Shown here piece after piece: positions 1 through 10,103 of a stretch of 64,000 nt of DNA (position 1 is its first letter; every line of letters starts with the position of its first letter). Made by a program: the position numbers and the translations under genes. The DNA is from a virus. The DNA is taken from the IMG/VR virus record IMGVR_UViG_3300008107_000046, positions 1-64,000 of that record; one strand, written 5' to 3'. The notes under the pieces are model-generated. The model ran no database searches, was not told the origin of the DNA, and was given only the letters and a program-made list of their open reading frames with translations.

Positions 1-584
1 CCTGGTACAAAGGTATAACCAGTTCCAACTTCATTGATAGTTACTGATAATATTTGAGTATTTGAAACAACTGGAGTTGCAGTTGCATTTTTTCCTGGTA
101 TTGGTTTTGGTAATACTACGTTAGTATTTGGTTCAACCAAATATTGAGGTGCATTATAGAAAGTTTCATCGACAATTAAATTTGGTTGAACAATAGTAAT
201 TCCATCAGTTGATTTGTATTCTGTGGTTTCATAATGATGAATACCATTATATAAAGTATCATATGATCCATATTTTGATAGTAAATATTTGTCTAATTCA
301 TCTTGAGTTTTTGGCCATTCATCATATACATTCATAATGTTATTTGACATTAAAACAACCCAATCTAAATTTTCATCTCCATAGATTTCATATGCAACAT
401 TATCTGGTCTTTCATTACCAACAACACTATATTGTTGGAAGTAAGAAAGGTTATTAAAAATATCTTCTCTTACTTTTGATCTCATGAATAAATTTTTAAC
501 TTCAATATAATCGTTTGCTGAACGATTATCTTTTAGTCTACTTACGTATTCTAAATTTGGAACCTTTGAGAAGTAATTTGACAT
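1..584 (-). CDS. gp53: baseplate wedge subunit gp53 (runs off left edge)
   Basis: Manual translation from ATG at 584: MSNYFSKVPNLEYVSRLKD...RPDNVAYEIYGDENLDWVVLMSNNIMNVYDEWP...HHYET; directly downstream of gp48. Confidence 0.85.
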   Translation of the reverse strand, partial: MSNYFSKVPNLEYVSRLKDNRSANDYIEVKNLFMRSKVREDIFNNLSYFQQYSVVGNERPDNVAYEIYGDENLDWVVLMSNNIMNVYDEWPKTQDELDKYLLSKYGSYDTLYNGIHHYETTEYKSTDGITIVQPNLIVDETFYNAPQYLVEPNTNVVLPKPIPGKNATATPVVSNTQILSVTINEVGTGYTFVP

Positions 585-586
585 TT

Positions 587-1930
587 TTAGTAACCTATTT
601 CTTGTGTATTTGATCCATACTCATCTTCATAAACTGGTTCTAGTTCCATAAATTGCATTTGCAATCCATAAGAAACCATTGTTCCATCTTCATCAAACGC
701 CATATAAGAACCTTCTGGTGTATAGTCAACATTAAATGTTTGTAAAGCACACTTTTTAATTTTATTTAATCCTGGATGACTATCACTATCTTTAAAAATA
801 TAATTTATTTCAAAAACATGTGGTGCTTTTAAAAATAGATTTTTCTCACTCCTTTGAACTGCCATTCCCTGTTTAAAAAATCTAATAATTTTTTTTATTT
901 CATCTGCTTCAGATTTATTTCTGGCACTTAATTTAAATGCAAAATTAAAAGGTCTTAATGCTGGACCTTCAAAAAGTAATTCTAAATTTGGATTTACTAC
1001 AGCACCAAATAACCTTGATTGTATATTTGTAGCACCTGTTCCTTGCTCTGCAAAATATGATGCAATTATTGTTTTAACTGAATCGTTTACTTGTTGATTT
1101 TGTGTTACTCCTTGCGCTGCAGTAAATGCTGCAGTAAATGCCTCTTCAACACCACCTTGAATGCCAGACATCATTATACCAGTACCAACTAATTGACCAG
1201 CATTCATTACATTTTCATTCCACTTTACTGAATTACTGTCTGATATTTGTGATTGTATTGGTAATTTTACTGATCCCAAACTATTACCAAATGATCTATC
1301 TGAAAATTCTATTCCCGATTGTGCTATTCCTCTATTTCCATATTCCATTATTGTGAATTTTATCCAATCATGTTCTTCTCTACCAACATCTTTAGGATAA
1401 ATTAAATTTCCATAATCATTTCTTTTTCCAGATTTTCCAGTGACATTAAATGAATTTACTTGTTGTGTTGTTAATCCACTAAAAGGTGTAGAAGTACTAC
1501 TTCCAGTTCCATCTCCAGTATTCGTATTATTTGAATCGCCACCAGACGTTCCTGTTGGTTGTGCTGGTGCTTGATTACCAACCCAAGTAGTATAAGGTTG
1601 AAATGAATTTGAACTTACAAAAGATTGTTTTTGGTCAGTAGGTAATTTATTGAGTATTGCTGTTGTATTTTGTGTAAATACGTTTGAATTCTGATTTAAA
1701 AATGCTCCTATGGGCGTATTATCTGTACCTACAGTTGTATTTGCGTCTAACGGTGTCCAAGAATTTGTAGTAGCACTCCAGTTTGCAACAACGTTTCCGT
1801 TTTGATCTACAATATTTGGTGCCGAGTTTGGATTTTGTGGATTTATTTGTATACCAAATCTTCCCGTTGTAGTTCCAGTTTGAACTGGAAACAGTGTTGT
1901 TTGGCTTGTAGGTGTATTTTGTATGGGCAC
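587..1930 (-). CDS. gp48: baseplate tail-tube cap gp48 with low-complexity N-terminal extension
   Basis: NPNLELLFEGPALRPFNFAFKLSARNKSEADEIKKIIRFFK and VDYTPEGSY motifs; synteny with gp53. Confidence 0.85.
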   Translation of the reverse strand: MPIQNTPTSQTTLFPVQTGTTTGRFGIQINPQNPNSAPNIVDQNGNVVANWSATTNSWTPLDANTTVGTDNTPIGAFLNQNSNVFTQNTTAILNKLPTDQKQSFVSSNSFQPYTTWVGNQAPAQPTGTSGGDSNNTNTGDGTGSSTSTPFSGLTTQQVNSFNVTGKSGKRNDYGNLIYPKDVGREEHDWIKFTIMEYGNRGIAQSGIEFSDRSFGNSLGSVKLPIQSQISDSNSVKWNENVMNAGQLVGTGIMMSGIQGGVEEAFTAAFTAAQGVTQNQQVNDSVKTIIASYFAEQGTGATNIQSRLFGAVVNPNLELLFEGPALRPFNFAFKLSARNKSEADEIKKIIRFFKQGMAVQRSEKNLFLKAPHVFEINYIFKDSDSHPGLNKIKKCALQTFNVDYTPEGSYMAFDEDGTMVSYGLQMQFMELEPVYEDEYGSNTQEIGY

Positions 1931-1960
1931 TATTAATCTTCCGTTTTGAAGAAGAGCTTG

Positions 1961-1968
1961 TATTTATT
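1961..1968 (-). promoter_or_regulatory. T4-type late promoter (NATAAATA)
   Basis: AATAAATA on minus strand about 30 nt upstream of gp48. Confidence 0.55.
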
Positions 1969-2320
1969 TAGTAATAAATTTGGCGTATTGGATATTTTGT
2001 AAATCGCTTAATTCATTGTTTCTAACATGATGTAATTGACCAACTACTTCTATCCAGGTGTAGTTTTTTGGTTCTCTCCAGTGATAGTTATATCCTTTAA
2101 ATCCCCATCTTTGAACTTCTAAACATGTTATTAATGGGTGTTGATCATATGTTATACCTGGAGTTTTTGGTATATAAACAAATGTATAATGTTTTCCTGG
2201 TATAGGTATTAAGTCAATATCTTTTAATGCATCCATAATAAAAATCATTAGATCTTCTGGATCTGTTACTCTTTTTATTTTTGACTGTAATAATTTAATC
2301 CTGTTTATTTCTCTTGCCAT
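1964..2320 (-). CDS. gp2-like DNA end protector family protein
   Basis: PGKHYTFVYIPKT...YDQHPLI...GYNYHW resembles the gp2 core; adjacent to gp4. Confidence 0.55.
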   Translation of the reverse strand: MAREINRIKLLQSKIKRVTDPEDLMIFIMDALKDIDLIPIPGKHYTFVYIPKTPGITYDQHPLITCLEVQRWGFKGYNYHWREPKNYTWIEVVGQLHHVRNNELSDLQNIQYAKFITK

Positions 2321-2763
2321 TATTTGATACCTAGATCGTCTTCTGTAATGATTTTAAATTCTAGCAATCTATCTTCACACCATTCTTTCGCCGCTTTCCA
2401 CTTTGCCTTATTTACTTCATAAGTCTTTGCTTCATAGATAAAATTTTTTGTTACCCTTGATTTTTTTACTGGTGGTAAAGTTTGTCTTTTTGGTTTTACT
2501 TCTATTACATAAGTTTTTATTGATCCAGATCTATCTTTCATTTTTACGATAAAATCTGGGTAATACTTATGAACTCTTTTATCAATAGGAGACACATATG
2601 GTATGAAAAATTCCTCACTTGCCCATTCAAGAATACTATCATTTAAATCACACCACCTACAGAATTTTCTTTCCCAACTACTTCTACAAATTATATTATT
2701 AGGATTACCTTTATATTTCTCTGGATTTTCTGGTTTATATTTACTTTTTATACTTTCTCCCAT
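2320..2763 (-). CDS. gp4: head completion nuclease gp4
   Basis: YKPENPEKYKGNPNNIICRSSWE, YYPDF, IEVKP, NKAKWKAA motifs. Confidence 0.92.
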   Translation of the reverse strand: MGESIKSKYKPENPEKYKGNPNNIICRSSWERKFCRWCDLNDSILEWASEEFFIPYVSPIDKRVHKYYPDFIVKMKDRSGSIKTYVIEVKPKRQTLPPVKKSRVTKNFIYEAKTYEVNKAKWKAAKEWCEDRLLEFKIITEDDLGIK

Positions 2764-2796
2764 TTATCTTGACTACATATAATATAACAGTAGTTT

Positions 2797-2804
2797 TATT
2801 TATA
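2797..2804 (-). promoter_or_regulatory. T4-type late promoter TATAAATA
   Basis: Exact TATAAATA on minus strand upstream of gp4. Confidence 0.7.
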
Positions 2805-2805
2805 G

Positions 2806-3603
2806 ATGGCTGCTCCAAAGACGGTTGCCCAATTAAAATCTAGTATTTTAAGACCAGCATTAACATCTCACTACTCCGTATTAATTACTGGTGTGCCTTC
2901 GACTGCTCAGACTTTTATAAGTCAAAATGCTCAAATATCAAGCACACCTGTAGAATATCTTGAATTGTCTTGCTGTGAGGCATCATTACCTGGATCATCT
3001 TTAGCAACACTGGATATTATGAATGATCATACAGGTGTTAATGAAAAACATGCTTATAGAAGATTATATGATGACAGAGCAGACTTTACATTTTATGTTG
3101 ATCATGATTATGTTCCAATAAGATTTTTTGAAGCATGGATGAGATATATTACTACTGAGCAAAGATCCAAAGGAATTGCTAATAGAACATTTACTTCAAG
3201 ACCAACTTGGGTAGATAATTATGCTACCGATCAAATAACCATTGAAAAATTTGAGCGCGATTATAATTCTAGTTTAACATATAAATTTATTAAGGCATTT
3301 CCTGTAAGTATAAATTCTATTCCCGTATCTTACGAATCATCTAATTTATTAAAAGTTACTGTTTCATTTGTTTATAGTAGATATTATATTGATAACTTTA
3401 CTGGAGCACCAGCACAACCTAGCATACAGCAACCAGCACCAGTTTCTCAACAACCAATAACTACAAATACACCATTTACTACTCAAAGAATATTAAGTGA
3501 TGAATATTATAATAATTTTGGACAAAACTCTCAGAACGCCACTAACTTCTCAGATTTTACTAACGGCACTGTAGGTGGTCCATTTGGTCAAGCAGTTGCA
3601 TAA
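2806..3603 (+). CDS. gp54: baseplate tail-tube initiator (gp54 / tube-like)
   Basis: CCEASLPGSSL, FTFYVD, AFPVSINSIPVSY, KVTVSFVY tube-fold motifs; lies between gp4 and gp26. Confidence 0.65.
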   Translation: MAAPKTVAQLKSSILRPALTSHYSVLITGVPSTAQTFISQNAQISSTPVEYLELSCCEASLPGSSLATLDIMNDHTGVNEKHAYRRLYDDRADFTFYVDHDYVPIRFFEAWMRYITTEQRSKGIANRTFTSRPTWVDNYATDQITIEKFERDYNSSLTYKFIKAFPVSINSIPVSYESSNLLKVTVSFVYSRYYIDNFTGAPAQPSIQQPAPVSQQPITTNTPFTTQRILSDEYYNNFGQNSQNATNFSDFTNGTVGGPFGQAVA

Positions 3604-3609
3604 TAAATA
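3602..3609 (+). promoter_or_regulatory. late promoter (AATAAATA)
   Basis: Motif 29 nt upstream of gp26 start. Confidence 0.6.
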
Positions 3610-3637
3610 AAACGACATCTGATTTGTATAGCAGATT

Positions 3638-4357
3638 ATGCCTTTACCAAAAATATCCACACCAACTTATGAGTTGGAACTACCATCTACTGGACAACCT
3701 ATTGAGTATAGACCATTTCTTGTTCGTGAAGAAAAACTCTTAGTAATTGCATTGGAAACTGAAGATTCAAAGCAAATAACCAATGCGATAAAAAATGTAA
3801 TTAAAAATTGTATTTTAACTAAGAATATAAAAGTAGAAACTTTACCTACCTTCGATATTGAATATTTGTTTTTAAATATTCGCGGTAAATCAGTTGGTGA
3901 GGAAGTTGATGTTAATATTATTTGTCCAGATGATGAAGAAACCACTGTACAAGTAAAGATTAATATTGATGATATTCAAGTTCAAAAAAATCCAGAGCAT
4001 AGCAAGCAAATTAAAATTGATGATAGTCTTGCAATTGAAATGAAATATCCATCATTAGATCAATTTATCAAAAGTAATTTTGATTTTACAAATGATAATA
4101 ATATGGAACAATCTTTTGATCTTGTTGCATCATGTGTTGAAAAAATTTATACAGAAGAAGAAATTTGGACTTCATCTGATGTAACTAAAAAGGAGATTGT
4201 TGATTTCCTTGAGCAAATGAATTCTGCTCAATTTAAAAAAATTGAAAAGTTTTTTGAAACAATGCCAAAACTTTCTCATGAAATTAAAGTGAAAAACCCA
4301 AATACGAAAGTTGAAAGCACTGTAGTTCTGGAGGGATTATCCAGTTTTTTCGTATAG
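3638..4357 (+). CDS. gp26: baseplate hub assembly protein gp26
   Basis: MPLPKISTPTYELELPS, YRPFLVREEK, FDIEYLFLNIRGKSVGE, FFETMPKL. Confidence 0.92.
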   Translation: MPLPKISTPTYELELPSTGQPIEYRPFLVREEKLLVIALETEDSKQITNAIKNVIKNCILTKNIKVETLPTFDIEYLFLNIRGKSVGEEVDVNIICPDDEETTVQVKINIDDIQVQKNPEHSKQIKIDDSLAIEMKYPSLDQFIKSNFDFTNDNNMEQSFDLVASCVEKIYTEEEIWTSSDVTKKEIVDFLEQMNSAQFKKIEKFFETMPKLSHEIKVKNPNTKVESTVVLEGLSSFFV

Positions 4358-4359
4358 CA

Positions 4360-4542
4360 TTGGTCCACATGGACCTTGAAAATTATTTTAAGTTGAACTT
4401 CGCCTTGATGCAGTATCATAAATACTCATTAACGGAGATTGAAAATATGTTGCCGTGGGAAAGAGACATTTATGTTGCTTTACTACAAGCGCATTTAGAG
4501 GAAGAAAAACTTAAACAGCAGCAACAAAATGGCATCAAATAA
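4360..4542 (+). CDS. gp51: baseplate hub assembly catalyst gp51
   Basis: NFALMQYHKYSLTEIENMLPWERDIYV; follows gp26. Confidence 0.88.
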   Translation: MVHMDLENYFKLNFALMQYHKYSLTEIENMLPWERDIYVALLQAHLEEEKLKQQQQNGIK

Positions 4543-6988
4543 ACCAAAGTTTATCGATAAATTTTGGCCAGTATCTACAATAGTATCAAGTAGAACTGGA
4601 CAATATAAAAGAATACTTGCTCAACGAATGGAGAGGAACAAGTATTTAATCGAGAATACTTATGGTGTAAAGGCAGATAGAGTTGTAGATACATTCATCA
4701 AAGCATATTTGGCGTCGGATAAAGATTATCCTGCGCCAATTGAAATTGTTCAAAATCCAAGGTCAGAAAAAGATTTCGATTTATATAATCAATACATTAT
4801 ATTTTTGTGGGAATATTATGTAAGAGATAAGAGTAAGAAACCAAAACCAGGTAGAGAAAAACCACCGCCAAATATACCCAATAATCAACAACCTCCAGGT
4901 GATCCTGGGTCATTGACTTTATATGAAGGGAAGAAAGAAGAAGATTTAGTTGATGAAGAAGTTGATGAAAGAATTTTAAAACTTCTTGGATTGCAAGATG
5001 TTTTTGATATTGATTATGGAACTTATCTTACTCTACTAAAAGAGAAGATGATTTCTGCAAGGATGTCATCTACAAGTATTCCTACGGAAGAAATAGAATT
5101 AATAACTAATGAATATAAAAGAGTAAAGGGTAAGGTTGGTAGATTTAAAATAAAAGGTAAGAAAATAAATGCTGATAATATAAAGGCATCTGGTCCAATA
5201 AGAATAACTAAAGATCAATTTTTTCTTGCTGGAAAGGTATCAGTTCCAAATGTTAAATCTGAAGATCAAAAACCGACAGCAGAAACATCTGATTTAAAAA
5301 AAGATATACAAGTAATTAGATCTAGTCTTGAAAATATTGCATCTTTATTAACGGGTCAGAATAAATTATTACAAAAATCATTTGAAACTCAAAGACTACA
5401 AAGAGAAAATAAAAGAAGATCTGATAAGGAAGACAAACTAGAAACTGTAAAAGGTGCATTAAAAAATGTCGCACAAAAAGTATTAGCACCATTTCAAAGT
5501 ATATTGGATAAAATTATTAACTTTATTGTTAATATGCTTCTTGGGAGATTTTTTGTTAAGTTGATGGATTGGCTTGCTAATCCAGAAAATTTTGCTAAAG
5601 TTAAAAATATTTTTAGATTTTTAAAGGATTGGTGGCCTGCTCTTCTAGGTGCATATCTACTTTTTGGTAATGGGTTGGGTAGATTTGTTGTAAAGATCAC
5701 TGCATCTTTAATAAAATATGGATTTAAATTAACTAAAAAAGTATTACCTCAATTATTAAAATTTCTTAAAAGTCCCATTGGAATGGGATTGGGGTTATTT
5801 ACTGCTGGTGCGACAGTACCAATGCTTTTCCCACAAACTGTCAATGCCCAAGAGACTGCAATATCATCTTCTCCTGGAACTAATGAGGATAAGATTGGTA
5901 AACTGAAGCAACAGAAAGAAAATTTAAATTGGTTAGATAAACTTCAGGGGAAAGGATCTGAAATTGATGAGCAAATTCATTTCTTAGAAACTGGAAAAAC
6001 CAAGGCATATACTGGCGGTGGTTTAATTACAAACTCAAAATATAATAGTGGATTATATACACAACCAATAAAAATTAGTGATATTGGATTTGATGGTGGT
6101 GGATCAATACAAAATGATACTGGTGTAAAAGTATCTGGTGCTGGAAAGGATACTCAGTTAATTGCTGCTCAACCAGGTGAAATTGTAATTAATAAACCAA
6201 CAGTAGATGCTTTAGGTAAAAACTTTTTCTTATCTTTGAATTCTAAGTTTGGTGGATCTGGTGCCAATATACCAAAAATGTATAATGATATTCAACTTGC
6301 CGCTAAGGGTGGTCTTGTTGGTGGGTATTCTGGAGATAAAAAAGATAGTCCACCATCAGATGGAAAGAGAAAACCAACTAGTAAAGTTGCTGCAAAGTTA
6401 GCACCTTTCTCTATGAAAGATACATTCATGAATTTATCTCCGTTGAATATTGATAAAAGAACTACTATTTTTAATCAAGATTATACTAAAGATAAATCAA
6501 AATCAAAACCAAAGAATAAACAATTAACACCAATGCAACAATGGGCAAAGAATTTCCCAGAACTTGCTAAAAAAGTTAAACCAGGACAATCTGGATATGA
6601 TGAAATACAAGCAGTAATTAATCCAAAAATTGATATGTCTAATGTATTTTCTACATCATTTACTCCTTTGTTTAATAACATTATTGAAAATACTTTCAAT
6701 AATACTGTTAATGGTTTAAATTTTGGTGATCATCAAAACATTAATATTGAAGGTCCCAAAAAACCTAATTTTATACCTGCTAAACAAAATGTTTATATTC
6801 CTCCATCACCATCAGTTAATAATGCTCCTAATATAATTGCACTTCCACCGATTAGAAAAAATCAAACTTCTAATACTTCTGGTTCTAATAAAAGTATGGG
6901 AAAAGATATACCACAGTTTCCAGCGTTTCAAGATACCGCTACTAGAAAAAACAACCTACAAATTTATGGAATAATAGGGGTAGGTTAG
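4529..6988 (+). CDS. large baseplate hub / tape-measure-like structural protein
   Basis: 819 aa; coiled coil followed by hydrophobic segments; position after gp51. Confidence 0.55.
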   Translation: MASNKPKFIDKFWPVSTIVSSRTGQYKRILAQRMERNKYLIENTYGVKADRVVDTFIKAYLASDKDYPAPIEIVQNPRSEKDFDLYNQYIIFLWEYYVRDKSKKPKPGREKPPPNIPNNQQPPGDPGSLTLYEGKKEEDLVDEEVDERILKLLGLQDVFDIDYGTYLTLLKEKMISARMSSTSIPTEEIELITNEYKRVKGKVGRFKIKGKKINADNIKASGPIRITKDQFFLAGKVSVPNVKSEDQKPTAETSDLKKDIQVIRSSLENIASLLTGQNKLLQKSFETQRLQRENKRRSDKEDKLETVKGALKNVAQKVLAPFQSILDKIINFIVNMLLGRFFVKLMDWLANPENFAKVKNIFRFLKDWWPALLGAYLLFGNGLGRFVVKITASLIKYGFKLTKKVLPQLLKFLKSPIGMGLGLFTAGATVPMLFPQTVNAQETAISSSPGTNEDKIGKLKQQKENLNWLDKLQGKGSEIDEQIHFLETGKTKAYTGGGLITNSKYNSGLYTQPIKISDIGFDGGGSIQNDTGVKVSGAGKDTQLIAAQPGEIVINKPTVDALGKNFFLSLNSKFGGSGANIPKMYNDIQLAAKGGLVGGYSGDKKDSPPSDGKRKPTSKVAAKLAPFSMKDTFMNLSPLNIDKRTTIFNQDYTKDKSKSKPKNKQLTPMQQWAKNFPELAKKVKPGQSGYDEIQAVINPKIDMSNVFSTSFTPLFNNIIENTFNNTVNGLNFGDHQNINIEGPKKPNFIPAKQNVYIPPSPSVNNAPNIIALPPIRKNQTSNTSGSNKSMGKDIPQFPAFQDTATRKNNLQIYGIIGVG

Positions 6989-6989
6989 T

Positions 6990-9900
6990 ATGAACTTAGA
7001 TTCTAAAAAACTTCTTCCACCATCAAAAAAAAGTGAAAGTCAGAAGATAAATGCTGATAAATTTTTAGTACCAGTAAAAAATATACAATATAAAAATATT
7101 GTAAAATTATCTGAGACTAAAGAAGATCAACCAAAAGTTGAAAAGTTTGGTTTAAAAGATGAAATTCTTTCTATAAAAGAATCAATTCTTTCTATTGAAA
7201 AATCTATAGCAAAGTCATTAGATCTACAAAAAGAAAAAATACTAAAGGATAAATTAGATCGAGAAAATAAAAGAAGACAAGATAAAGAAGAGAAATTAGA
7301 ACAAAAAAAGGACTACGGTTTTGGTAAAATAATAAAGAATATTCCTAAACCAAAATTAAGTTTTATTGATTGGATTAAGCGATTTGTTTTAAATATGTTC
7401 CTTGGTTATTTTGCCGTTAGGGTGATTGATTATCTGCCAACTATAATATCAATAGCAAGTAAAATAACTCCAGCAATAAACTTTATTGGTTGGATGGGTA
7501 AAAATTTGTTGAAAGGGTTGATTGATTTTATTGATTGGGGTTATAAAGCATATGATGCAACTCGTGGATTTATAAAACAAGTCGCTGGTGATGGAGCACA
7601 AAAACAATTTGATAGTTTCTCTAAAAATTTAAATGATGTTTTAAATTATACAATAGTTACTGCTCTTGGTATTGCCGCTCTTGCTGATAAAGTTAGGGAT
7701 AAAAATCCAAACAATAAAACAAATAAAAAAGGTCAACCCAGAGATCCTCGTACAAATAGACCAGTACCGACAGATAAAAAGGGAAATTATTCTTTCCATA
7801 GAAGTGGTGGTGCTTATAATAGAGAAGTATTCAGAAAAACTGATTGGTCATATAAGCAATATGACGCGAATGAAAATCAAATAATGAGGAGATACGCCAG
7901 AAAATATGGGCGTGATGCTGCAGTTGATAAGTTTGGTAAGGAAAGTGTAAAGGATATTGGTGGAAAGTATGGAAGATCTAAGTTAACTAATGCTGCAAGA
8001 GCAGGTGCTGTTAAATTAGTTGGAAAGTCTGGAGCAAAGACTGTTTTAAAATTTACTAGACCTCTTCTAAAAAGACTTCCTCTTATTGGAGCACTTATTG
8101 ATTTTGGACTTTCTGTTGCTTTAGGTGAACCATTAGGTAGAGCAGCATTCTCTGCTATTGGTGCTGCTCTTTTAGGTACAATCGGTGCTGGATTTGGTGG
8201 TCCTATTGGAGCAGTTCTTGGTGGACTAGCTGGTAATTGGGCAGGTACAAAATTGTATGATATTTTATTTAATGGGAAGAAAGAACAGGGTAATAAAAAG
8301 GTTAAAGGTAAAGCATCTGGTGGACAGGTCACTTCTAGAGGTGGTACAACTGTAGGTGGATCTATTGGAAGAACACAAAAAGTAATTAGAAGAGTACCAA
8401 AACCACCTAAATTACAAGCACCAGAATCTATTCCAGGAAAAAATATTGGCGGTGAAAAGGTAATAGATAAAGTTTTTCCAAAAGAAACTTCACCAGAACA
8501 TATTAGTCCTCTTAGATCTTTAAAAACTTCTTCAAGTATATTGAAAGGATCTGGGTCTACATTATTAAGTCAAACAATGGCAGTTGGTGTTGATCTTGCT
8601 ATGGGGCAAAAACCAACAAAAGAATTTTATAGTAAATATGGAAAAGCGTTTGGGTCTTTTGTTCAGGAAATGGTTAATACTAATATGGAAATGACCACCC
8701 AAGAAACAGCAAGATCAATACTTGCTATGGCAAACGGTGGAACAGTTCCATATAATATTCCATCTAGGGGACCAAATTTTGGTGAAAAGGTTGGGGAGAT
8801 GGTGGCAACTGCATTTGCCAACACTGTTGAAAAACAATCGTCATTAATATTAAATGCATTGAAAATAGAATCGAATAAAAAATCATATACTGGTATTACT
8901 GAAAGTGATCCTACATTGGAAGGTGATGATGAAGGTGGTGAAGGTGGTATGACTAAAGGTACGTGGGGACCACTTTTAGATTTAATTGCTGGTAAAGAAT
9001 CTGGTGGAAATTATGAGGCAATGTATCCAAGCACTACTTTAAAAGGTGCCACTAAAATGACAATCGCTGAAGTTGCCAGAAGAGCAACTGGTGCTGTAGG
9101 AAAATATCAACAACTTCCACAATACCTTGTCAATCGAGCAAAGGCGGCAGGTCTTAATCCAGATAAAGATCTGTATAGTCCAGAAAATCAAGAAAAGATT
9201 ATTATTAATGTTAATATCAAAGGAAGAGGTGGTGAAAGATGGTTAAAGGGTGAAATAAGTGATGAAGAATTTATGCAAGGATTATCACAAGAATTTGCAT
9301 CTTTACCTAATGCTCAAGGTAAGTTTTATTATCCTGGGCAAAGTAGTGCAATGACCCCTGCAAAGGTAAAAGCAGCATTATCTAAAGTTAAGAAAGGTGG
9401 TTATTCTCAAGCAGAACTTGCTAAAGGTGGTAAAGATCCTTCGATTGGATTGGGTAAAGGATATGGTTCTGCTGGAGGAAAAATTGCTGGTGAATTGGGT
9501 AGGTATCTTAATAAAGCATTAGTTCCTGGAAAAGATTTCCTTAGAGTTACAGAACATCCTGAACATGGTGGAGTTAGAGGTAGACATGCAAGAAATTCTT
9601 ATCACTACGATGGTAGAGCAGTTGATATTGGTGCGTGGGATTGGGAACAACCAAAAATATTAAGAGCGATTGCAGACTTTAATAAGAAGCGTGGTGTAAA
9701 ACCAGTTGAATTATTACATGCAAAAAATGAACCTTCTGGACATAGCGACCACGTTCACGTCGCATATAAACATGGTGGATTAGTAACAAAACCAACACAT
9801 GCTTTAATTGGTGAAACTAAAAAACCAGAAATGGTATTGGATCCAGATACAACTGGGACAATGAATAAAGAATATCCTGGTATGTTGGCAAAGTTAAATG

Positions 9901-10103
9901 CTGCTAAAAATAAAAAGCAAATATCTGAAGTTTTAAATACCTATGCTTCTTATGAAAACAATAATGGTAAGTCTTCTATTATTCTGATACCGATAGAAAA
10001 AATTGTAAATAATACTATAACTAAACAAACACCAGGTCAATCAATGACTGGTGGAAGATCTTTTTCTTCTGATGGTTTAAACATCGAAACTTTACTAGCA
10101 TGA
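6990..10103 (+). CDS. tape-measure/hub-like protein with lysozyme-like and M15-type peptidase domains
   Basis: Glycine-zipper hydrophobic segment; LLDLIAGKESGGNY...AVGKYQ (lysozyme-like); SYHYDGRAVDI...HSDHVHVAY (H-x6-D...HxH zinc peptidase). Confidence 0.7.
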   Translation: MNLDSKKLLPPSKKSESQKINADKFLVPVKNIQYKNIVKLSETKEDQPKVEKFGLKDEILSIKESILSIEKSIAKSLDLQKEKILKDKLDRENKRRQDKEEKLEQKKDYGFGKIIKNIPKPKLSFIDWIKRFVLNMFLGYFAVRVIDYLPTIISIASKITPAINFIGWMGKNLLKGLIDFIDWGYKAYDATRGFIKQVAGDGAQKQFDSFSKNLNDVLNYTIVTALGIAALADKVRDKNPNNKTNKKGQPRDPRTNRPVPTDKKGNYSFHRSGGAYNREVFRKTDWSYKQYDANENQIMRRYARKYGRDAAVDKFGKESVKDIGGKYGRSKLTNAARAGAVKLVGKSGAKTVLKFTRPLLKRLPLIGALIDFGLSVALGEPLGRAAFSAIGAALLGTIGAGFGGPIGAVLGGLAGNWAGTKLYDILFNGKKEQGNKKVKGKASGGQVTSRGGTTVGGSIGRTQKVIRRVPKPPKLQAPESIPGKNIGGEKVIDKVFPKETSPEHISPLRSLKTSSSILKGSGSTLLSQTMAVGVDLAMGQKPTKEFYSKYGKAFGSFVQEMVNTNMEMTTQETARSILAMANGGTVPYNIPSRGPNFGEKVGEMVATAFANTVEKQSSLILNALKIESNKKSYTGITESDPTLEGDDEGGEGGMTKGTWGPLLDLIAGKESGGNYEAMYPSTTLKGATKMTIAEVARRATGAVGKYQQLPQYLVNRAKAAGLNPDKDLYSPENQEKIIINVNIKGRGGERWLKGEISDEEFMQGLSQEFASLPNAQGKFYYPGQSSAMTPAKVKAALSKVKKGGYSQAELAKGGKDPSIGLGKGYGSAGGKIAGELGRYLNKALVPGKDFLRVTEHPEHGGVRGRHARNSYHYDGRAVDIGAWDWEQPKILRAIADFNKKRGVKPVELLHAKNEPSGHSDHVHVAYKHGGLVTKPTHALIGETKKPEMVLDPDTTGTMNKEYPGMLAKLNAAKNKKQISEVLNTYASYENNNGKSSIILIPIEKIVNNTITKQTPGQSMTGGRSFSSDGLNIETLLA

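Noticed and set aside
7877-8332. 151-aa antisense ORF
   Set aside because: Mirror of the glycine-zipper segment of the 6990-10103 gene
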